Positions 59,401-64,000 of a stretch of DNA of 64,000 nucleotides are shown one piece after another. The notes below the pieces were generated by a model, which did not search any database, was not told the origin of the DNA, and was given only the letters and a program-made list of their open reading frames with translations. Made by a program: the position numbers and the translations under genes. This stretch comes from Nitrososphaerota archaeon. Its GTDB lineage: Archaea > Thermoproteota > EX4484-205 > JAAOZP01. The number at the start of each line of letters is the position of its first letter. Position 1 is the first letter of the stretch. Where the stretch lies: assembly GCA_011605725.1 (NCBI GenBank), contig JAAOZP010000017.1, forward strand, positions 256,001-320,000, given 5' to 3'.

Positions 59401-61900
59401 CGCTATTCTTAAGTTTAAATTCAACCTTCTGACTCAGATCCCCGTATTTTCTCCAGACGTCGTACCGGATTGATTTTTCCTTTAACCAACTTTCCCAGAT
59501 TCCCCTATCCTTAATTCCAAACTCCTTGTAAAACGGTACGAGGCTCTGCTCTTCCAAAATGATTCTCTCTCTGACTCTTTTCAAAGTATGCGTAGGGTTT
59601 ATCTTAACAAAAACATTCTTTTGAAGACGGGGAAGCTCGTCAATGATTTCCACCAAGTCTATTTCCTCCTTCCTACCTTGATTTTCCAACGACCTTAAGG
59701 CAATGAAGTGGTTTTCTTCGTTCAGATGACGATAATCGTCAGCTATCTTAACATCCTCAGCCGATTTCGGCACTGGATTAAATTCACCGTTAAATCTTGA
59801 GAAGCTGAATAGAGAATGGGCTTTTGAAACCCTTGCCTCGCCACGGTTAGTTCTGATTCTTACGAACTCAGAGTTCTTAGGAACCCTATGCCTTACGAAT
59901 GCTTTAACCCTTGTCCAAACAGCTTTCCCATCTGGATTAAAAGATAAAACTTGGTAATCATCATGGTTCTCCAAGGCATAGCTCTGAGGATGCTTCTCAA
60001 TCACCCTGTAGGGATATTTTTCGAATTCACGGTCAACCAGCCTACCGATCTCAACAACTTTAACCTTCCCCCTCTCCTTAATAACTATTGGCTCATCCCA
60101 GCATAGGCTTTGGAAGCCGACCCTGGTTGGAATGTTCATGTTGAACATGAATTCTTGAAGAGCCTGCTTCACCGACTTGTAGTCGAGCCCGTCGTGTCTT
60201 ATGAAGGGTGCGAGGTAGGTGTCGAAGTTTGAGAAAGCCTGGGCTCCAGCAGCCTCCCCCTGTAGGGTGAACACGAAGTTCACAACATGGCCTAGAGCTA
60301 CTCGGAAATGTTTTGCAGGCTTTGCTGAAACCTTGCCCCTGACTCCTCTAAAACCAGTCATTAAAAGGTCTCTTAAATCCCAGCCTACGCAGTTGCCGGA
60401 TACGACAACTCTACCATTTCTTTCCACGAGTAGAGTCCCATTAGGCACAGTTAGATCGTAAACCTTCCCTTTATATTGAACCAGCTTAGGGTGTTTATTG
60501 AAGATCGGAGTGAGCTGCTTTGTTTGTACTGAAACTATGAATCTCTCGCCATCCCATCTGAGGGTCCCGCTCTTTCCGATTTTTAAAAGACATTCCAACA
60601 CATCTTCAGCGAGTTTTTTCGATCTTGTGGAGAATCTCCTTAATTTCCCATTTTCTATAGTCCCATCCCCCTTAAAGAGGGCAGAGAGAAATATCTCAAT
60701 TTTCTCAGGATCTAAATCCTTAATAAACCGAGGAACAAACTTCTCATCCGATTTTCCGAACTGTTTTAAATAGAAGTAGAGCTCCTTTGAGCAAAACTGA
60801 ATGTGGTCCTTCTCGCTTAAGTTTGGAGAAAACCCTAACCTCTTAATCAGAGAGGCTATCTCCCTTCTGTTTTTCTTATTCCTTTGGCCTATGGAGATTA
60901 TGTAGTCGGGCGAGTTCCTGTCTTTCCTGTCGTGTCTCCAAGCGTTCCCCTCCGCTAGGTACCACCCCATGAACTTGAGAAAAACTTCCATCGGAATCCT
61001 CTTTATGTGTCTTAGCCTATTTCCACCCTTTACCACAGGAATTTGAAAGAATTTAGAATTTCCGCCTCTCCATTTTACCTGTTTAAGAAATTCTGACCTC
61101 CTCTTAAAATTAGTTGGGTTTATGAATTTCCATTTCTTATCTCCTCTTTCTCTGACTAACAACCTGTGTTCAGGCGTTACTCTGAGGCTTAACGACCTGC
61201 TCTCGAAGCAGAATAAAGGACCGGAGTACTCAAATACCTGTTTATCTATGGGATGCTGGTACTCCAAATAACCAGTTTTCAGGTTAACCGTAGCGACCTC
61301 GTCTTGAAGTGTTACGTCTTTAAAGAACTTAAAGCCCTCTTTTGTTAAAACTCTAGTTTGATCGTCAAAGCAGTACGGCCCAAGTATCCCGAGGTTGTGA
61401 ATATGGAAGTCGCCGTTCAAATGGGCTTCCCTTATCTCTGTCCTACCCTTGTTGAAAATCCTGTGAAGCCAGTATTGAGAGATGACTTGAGAAGAAATGT
61501 GGAAGTTTAAAGCCTGCAGCGAGTATGTCGTGTTAGCGTTCTCCTTAACCAGCCAGCTCTTGTTCTCGAGATAGCTGTCGACGAACTCCCTTATCTGAGC
61601 GTGAAGCGCCCTGTAAAGAATGTATGCTTTAGCAACATTGTAGAGATTATTCTCTACGAGTATTTTTTCAACTAGGTCCTGAACCTGCTCAACGTGAGGG
61701 ATTTCGCCGGGCTTCAGCTGTTTCCCTAAGCGTTCAACAACCTGGTTTGAAAGCCTCTCCGCCAGAGCCCTGTCCTGTCCGCCGACGGACTTTATAGCCT
61801 TCCATATCGCTTCAGTAATCTTCTGCCGGTCAAACTCTACTACTCTACCATCCCTCTTAATTATTTTGCTTGGAATGCTGTCTGAATCAATCAGTGACAC
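53420..61900 (-). CDS. nrdD: Anaerobic (class III) ribonucleoside-triphosphate reductase with ATP-cone; 2826-aa precursor with five inteins, about 713 aa after splicing
   Basis: IIKRDG ATP-cone, H..GDFHIH, PY|C, GAQAFS, DVRSM|CC.LRLD, NLEATPAE, YYTNS, glycyl-radical loop YSRVVGYLRPV. SD GGAGGTGA before GTG. Confidence 0.96.
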   Translation of the reverse strand: MSLIDSDSIPSKIIKRDGRVVEFDRQKITEAIWKAIKSVGGQDRALAERLSNQVVERLGKQLKPGEIPHVEQVQDLVEKILVENNLYNVAKAYILYRALHAQIREFVDSYLENKSWLVKENANTTYSLQALNFHISSQVISQYWLHRIFNKGRTEIREAHLNGDFHIHNLGILGPYCFDDQTRVLTKEGFKFFKDVTLQDEVATVNLKTGYLEYQHPIDKQVFEYSGPLFCFESRSLSLRVTPEHRLLVRERGDKKWKFINPTNFKRRSEFLKQVKWRGGNSKFFQIPVVKGGNRLRHIKRIPMEVFLKFMGWYLAEGNAWRHDRKDRNSPDYIISIGQRNKKNRREIASLIKRLGFSPNLSEKDHIQFCSKELYFYLKQFGKSDEKFVPRFIKDLDPEKIEIFLSALFKGDGTIENGKLRRFSTRSKKLAEDVLECLLKIGKSGTLRWDGERFIVSVQTKQLTPIFNKHPKLVQYKGKVYDLTVPNGTLLVERNGRVVVSGNCVGWDLRDLLMTGFRGVRGKVSAKPAKHFRVALGHVVNFVFTLQGEAAGAQAFSNFDTYLAPFIRHDGLDYKSVKQALQEFMFNMNIPTRVGFQSLCWDEPIVIKERGKVKVVEIGRLVDREFEKYPYRVIEKHPQSYALENHDDYQVLSFNPDGKAVWTRVKAFVRHRVPKNSEFVRIRTNRGEARVSKAHSLFSFSRFNGEFNPVPKSAEDVKIADDYRHLNEENHFIALRSLENQGRKEEIDLVEIIDELPRLQKNVFVKINPTHTLKRVRERIILEEQSLVPFYKEFGIKDRGIWESWLKEKSIRYDVWRKYGDLSQKVEFKLKNSDVWYPRFLNGKLLENFVKLCAWYISEGHTAISTPLYVSQPPSKNARDIIKLLRALNALGQVARGKGYSRNGRKTKTVLEITGRGLLAEVVSRTCGYLSFNKVVPWFIFNLSPKYQKIFIKTLLKGDGSEYSKYWDYLTTSRKLSTSLSLLLSQNNFRFAVYTEKLNRNNKNWRDRFVIRIFKENSKPKKTYFVNDFEARICLGVEKFNYDKEYEYDISVDLPQENFIGGAGLLVFHNTPFSNVTLDLKVPGFMRDEPVIIGGEVLDATYGEFQEEMNIFNRALAEVMLEGDAVGRVFSVDGECLCPIKNSGRMKLVKIGEYIDEWMEKGKPLYIKENNCEVLDVRAQDIKALGLKDGKIDWCKVNFLVRHPTESLLKIFTGGGFNIKVTPSHSVMVLKEGKLQSFKASMLQKGDYLIMPKFMPLEERKPQVISLANEFAKNGVRGVYIRDVYKGGKLYRETRKAVQRRKYGKRIYEYSYDVPVFPLENIAYLSEFDLSKAKLSLRGSSIKLRNLLPLTKELAEFLGYYCAEGSAEKGGISLGFNLKEEREKAIRVAQLVRRIFRGVPVCLREVKDRNLIEVRVHSKLLRMVITEIFKVGTGTGRRVPQIIFEAPQEIKKSFLLAYFEGDAWLTENIVVNSVSRELIYGISVLLKQLGVFHTLTEYYRDGKPTWRITVWRDRKLHPKDSYSISKIPIKESGLEMVFEKILEKEPYYFDSLGRKYRNTKIRISKKFGISHSNSTSLQKVKNVIEYAKRLKIEIPPALKEVEKNNILFLKIKKIEKATPSNGMVYDFSTESENFVADQLLVHNTFPIPTINITRDFEWNDETTRTVLETSAKYGIPYFANFINSDMNPEDVRSMCLHPDEELLIRNSGSVRRETIGQVVEKYAGEFKNDGWADPVKEVEVLSLNPETWKTEWVKVKRFLKVTDNKMIKIVTEDGKTIRVSRNHLIPVVTINGIVNKLAKDVKPGDIVLTLKSSCHALATNYEKIGSFVLDEKLAELLGFFTADGNYLFENRKNLKTYRLPKGLQFTFGNNNPLLRKKVKKLIKDVLKCSVREKEDTRYDTRYFYVYSTDIARAFYNAGFKKYGRLPQVIFNSPPTVIKAFLKYFFLGDGYERNKEIHLNDRELARDLAILFTILGIPVCYKEKRKSQRIYIQHKKSKINSIGNQATPTLFERVPGRMAKSTYAVPGLNKSRMVGVETLSRYDAHTKESKKFINGDIMFVRVKKCELIELEKEQEFFDVELERNHLFIHSLGNITHNCCHLRLDKRELKKRGGGLFGANPLTGCYDEETEILTTKGWKKFKDLTLEDEIFTRKQDGTIEIHKPIRIFEYDWDGEMIRFKHKSLDLLVTPNHRMFVEYRDGKVWRNKFVEAKDFNPNSHRIPKQGVWNGNEEEYFVLPSVEILSGTGPVSRFSKEELEAIRKLKTEGVSIYQIAENFDCDPVTVYNICTKEKYGNEERTRVRYETQPLKIKMDDWLKFFGIWLTEGSVDNENIAAEHGYRIFITQVNRKKRKEIKELLDRLPFNYREEARSFVICNKQLWNYLRQFGNKYEKYIPQEIKNLSARQLKILFDWMVKGNGHIRKTTGQTTYWTSSDRLAADMQEIILKIGMISSIRKSKKRAKIKGRIINTEKCWTIGVQKSKYYRLRKRNISKVYYKGKVYCVEVPNHVIMVRRNGKSCWCGNSIGVVTINMPRIGFLSKSEGEFFARLDRMMVLAKDVLEIKRKWLEKFTEAGLYPYSRFYLRHIKEAFGQYWKNHFSTIGLIGMNEACLNFLGCSIGDPEGLSFTIKVLDYMRKRLQDFQEETGSIYNLEATPAEGTSHRLARIDKKTYPSIIVANEEEVKKGAAPYYTNSTHLPVYYTDDLWEYLRLQDPLQTKYTGGTVAHVWLGESNPPVESVASLVRKICENFKLPYFTLTPTFSICPEDGYLSGEQHTCPKCGRTTEVYSRVVGYLRPVEQWNQGKQEEFKQRKVFDKALVRKLSVSIASDA
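54341..55534 (-). mobile_element. nrdD intein 5 (398 aa) with LAGLIDADG domain and HTH insertion
   Basis: NPLTG|CYDEET...WCGN|SIGVVT; VTPNH; GIWLTEG and MVKGNG. Confidence 0.92.
55613..56818 (-). mobile_element. nrdD intein 4 (402 aa) with LAGLIDADG homing endonuclease
   Basis: DVRSM|CLHPDE...ITHN|CCHLRL; GFFTADG and FFLGDG. Confidence 0.92.
56972..58510 (-). mobile_element. nrdD intein 3 (513 aa, Ser1) with LAGLIDADG homing endonuclease
   Basis: GRVF|SVDGE...LLVHN|TFPIPT; VTPSH; GYYCAEG and AYFEGDA. Confidence 0.9.
58691..60109 (-). mobile_element. nrdD intein 2 (473 aa, Ser1) with LAGLIDADG homing endonuclease
   Basis: VGFQ|SLCWDE...LVFHN|TPFSN; AWYISEG and LLKGDG. Confidence 0.9.
60392..61372 (-). 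mobile_element. nrdD intein 1 (327 aa) with LAGLIDADG homing endonuclease
   Basis: GPY|CFDDQT...VVVSGN|CVG; VTPEH; GWYLAEG and ALFKGDG. Confidence 0.92.
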
Positions 61901-62182
61901 TCATGATTCACCTCCAGTAAGACGGTGAAGAACAGGATGAACGCCGAAACTAAACTTTGCCGAGCATCCTGCAACTTTTTCTTTCCTAACCTCAACAGTA
62001 AGCATGCTTCGACTCTCAAAATATAAATTTTCTCTGAAAATTTTTTGATATTGAAAATCCGTTTTCAACAAGGGAAAAAACAGGCTAATCGCTTCCAAAC
62101 GTGTGGACTGAGTAAAACGAAGGCGTTTTAAGAAAAAGGGTAAAGTTTATCCATCTCTCTTCAGCCAAATTACGGAAGAAAC

Positions 62183-63004
62183 GTGAACATGGCGACGGTA
62201 ACACTCATTCTACTCTACGTGGCGACAGGTTTACTGGCACTCTTACTGGCGCCGCTGTATGTTGCTAACCAGCTAACCCTGTTTGAAAACCCGGAGAATC
62301 CGGCTAACATCCTGTATTTAATGTTCTCCATAATCGCGGTTTTCATCATAGTCCTGATCATCGTCAGACTGCGCTTAGAAACATTGTTTAAAGGGCTTTT
62401 CTACTTCAGTGCGATCACGGTTCTAACGATAACGATAAGCATTATTCTCCCGGATTCGCTGCTCTGGCTGACTGTATCACTCTTAGCATCCGTCTCAATA
62501 ATTATCATTCTTAACAAGTTCTACAAGTGGTATATTGCTGACGCAGTCGGCGTTTTCCTGAGCGCAAGCATAGCAGCCTGGTTCGGAGCATCCCTCTCAC
62601 CATCAGTCCTCACAATACTCCTATTGGTGATGGCTGTGTACGACTATTTCGCGGTAAAAACGGGAGGAATGATAAGCCTCGCCGAGAAAACTTTGAGGAT
62701 GAACCTGCCCACGATGGTGATGTCGCCGGTTAAAGAAGTACCTAGGGATTTTAAGAGTAGGGAGGGGGAGAGGAGAGGAGCATTCCTTGGACTGGGAGAC
62801 CTAGCGTTTCCAAACATGCTTACAGTATCAACCTTTCTGGAGACAGGAAGCCCTGTTGCGGCGATAATGGTTTTAAGCAGCAGTGTAGCAGGCCTAATAA
62901 TCGTGCTACACGCGGTTCGACGGTTCAAACAGCCTCAACCAGGATTACCATACATAGGTCTTGGAGCAGTCTTAGGCTGGATTATTACTAAAACCCTTGT
63001 TTAA
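62183..63004 (+). CDS. Presenilin/SPP-like GxGD intramembrane aspartyl protease
   Basis: AVYDYFAV, FLGLGDL, QPGLP (PAL motif), multiple TMs. Confidence 0.9.
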   Translation: MNMATVTLILLYVATGLLALLLAPLYVANQLTLFENPENPANILYLMFSIIAVFIIVLIIVRLRLETLFKGLFYFSAITVLTITISIILPDSLLWLTVSLLASVSIIIILNKFYKWYIADAVGVFLSASIAAWFGASLSPSVLTILLLVMAVYDYFAVKTGGMISLAEKTLRMNLPTMVMSPVKEVPRDFKSREGERRGAFLGLGDLAFPNMLTVSTFLETGSPVAAIMVLSSSVAGLIIVLHAVRRFKQPQPGLPYIGLGAVLGWIITKTLV

Positions 63005-63068
63005 ACAGCTAGCGCGCGAAGGAAGTATAGGTTCCAGAAGCGTTTTTTGCAAACGTGTTCCTGCAGAG

Positions 63069-63254
63069 TTATCTGGTGTCAACGGGCTCGAACAAGTCCC
63101 TGCTGGCCCCGCACATTGGGCAAACCCAGTCTTCCGGAAGGTTTTCGAAAGGAGTTCCAGGAGGGATTTTACTCTCAGGGTCTCCTAGCGTGGGGTCGTA
63201 GATGTACCCGCAGACGGTGCACCTATACTTTTTCAAAGGTTTTTCCTCAGGCAT
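63069..63254 (-). CDS. Rubredoxin
   Basis: [31 protein letters not shown]. Confidence 0.96.
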   Translation of the reverse strand: MPEEKPLKKYRCTVCGYIYDPTLGDPESKIPPGTPFENLPEDWVCPMCGASRDLFEPVDTR

Positions 63255-63478
63255 GATTACTCAACTATCAGAGTTTCTGATAATCTTATAAATCTTTAAC
63301 GTGAATCTTGCCATAGGATGATCCGGGTGTTTTCTTTGCTAATAAGTAGGCAGGCTGTGGAGGGATTAGGTTGCCGCGCTACTATGCTTAATTTTCGAGT
63401 CAAAAACCTGCAAACTTTGAAGTACAGCGTGAAACTAAGTGCGTGTTTTAAGGGTAGAGAAAAAGTTGCTTACTAAGG

Positions 63479-63715
63479 CTACTCTACGGGTTCAACAGTT
63501 ATGGCTTGAACCGGACACGTGTCCCTAGCGGACTGAGCGCAGTCGGCAACACTATCGTCGATAATGCCTTCTGAACCTCGGCTTGAAGACCTATACTTGG
63601 ATACAACTTGACTCCTGTTTTCCTCGTCGGGCTCGAAAACATCGGGACATGTGGAATAGCAGACTCCGCACGCTATGCAAGTATCCTTATCGACTTTAAC
63701 TCTGTACTTGGTCAT
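63479..63715 (-). CDS. Single-cluster ferredoxin
   Basis: VDKDTCIACGVCYSTCPDVF...CPVQAI. Confidence 0.93.
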   Translation of the reverse strand: MTKYRVKVDKDTCIACGVCYSTCPDVFEPDEENRSQVVSKYRSSSRGSEGIIDDSVADCAQSARDTCPVQAITVEPVE

Positions 63716-63869
63716 TGTTTCCTCCGCTCATCCGTAAAACACCCTTAATAAAAAGTTTTCTAAGAAGCTTGACGAGGCTGAGCGGCTGTTTTTAATAATG
63801 CTCGTGTTGCGAGGGTTTCTTCAGGATAAAATAAACGGTTAAAAGGTTCGGAAAAAGGCTCTACCTGGA

Positions 63870-64000
63870 TTGGGTAGGACAATACTGTTGACGAACGATG
63901 ACGGCGTGCATTCCCCGGCTTTCAAAGCATTTTGGAGAAGGCTTGTCGACCTTAAGCTCGGGGAGGTTGTCGCGGTTACTCCTGAGCATGAGATGAGCGC
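63870..64000 (+). CDS. surE: 5'/3'-nucleotidase SurE, N-terminal part (runs off window)
   Basis: TTG at 63870 reads GRTILLTNDDGVHSP...VVAVTPEHEMS. Confidence 0.88.
   Translation, partial: MGRTILLTNDDGVHSPAFKAFWRRLVDLKLGEVVAVTPEHEMS

Noticed and set aside
61901-62098. 65-aa ORF upstream of nrdD
   Set aside because: It spans the nrdD promoter and leader and has no protein-like features.
241-62928. Numerous 60-200 aa antisense or overlapping ORFs in the track
   Set aside because: They are shadows of well-supported genes on the other strand or frame and lack recognisable motifs.
1-64000. CRISPR array, rRNA, integrase or transposase
   Set aside because: No regularly spaced 24-47 nt repeats, rRNA-like sequence or recombinase/DDE motifs were seen.

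Overview
Archaeal chromosomal window. Archaeal origin is shown by a BHB tRNA intron, archaeal PpcA, Nre, PAC2, Trm14, HerA/NurA and BRE/TATA promoters; a TACK-type anaerobic heterotroph (Brockarchaeota/Bathyarchaeia-like) is my inference only. In order it holds: the end of a K+-independent H+-PPase, two convergent type II P-type ATPases, ppcA, a purC/sulfatase chimeric scar, tRNA-Arg(UCG) with a non-canonical 29/30 intron, MetRS, a redox/metal cluster (DUF438-PAS, HTH regulator, rubrerythrin, Bcp, ZIP, nitroreductase), ValRS, CysRS, a CDF-PAC2-Hsp20-Nre cluster, rhomboid and hypFCDE. Then come bacterial-type pfkA, sugar genes (class II aldolase, GH29, frameshifted GH4), a large surface protein, and a class III ribonucleotide reductase split by five LAGLIDADG inteins. 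The window ends with a presenilin-like protease, rubredoxin, ferredoxin and the start of surE. The best candidate for an undescribed system is 43.9-52.3 kb: a stand-alone herA-nurA-DHH operon and a membrane-anchored ArsR regulator. These sit back-to-back with a three-gene operon of a membrane protein with a degenerate P-loop domain, an apparently dead HerA/VirB4-like protein and an intact RadB-like ATPase, preceded by a perfect 16-bp palindrome. No rRNA, CRISPR array, integrase or transposase was seen. All assignments come from motif recognition by eye, not database searches.
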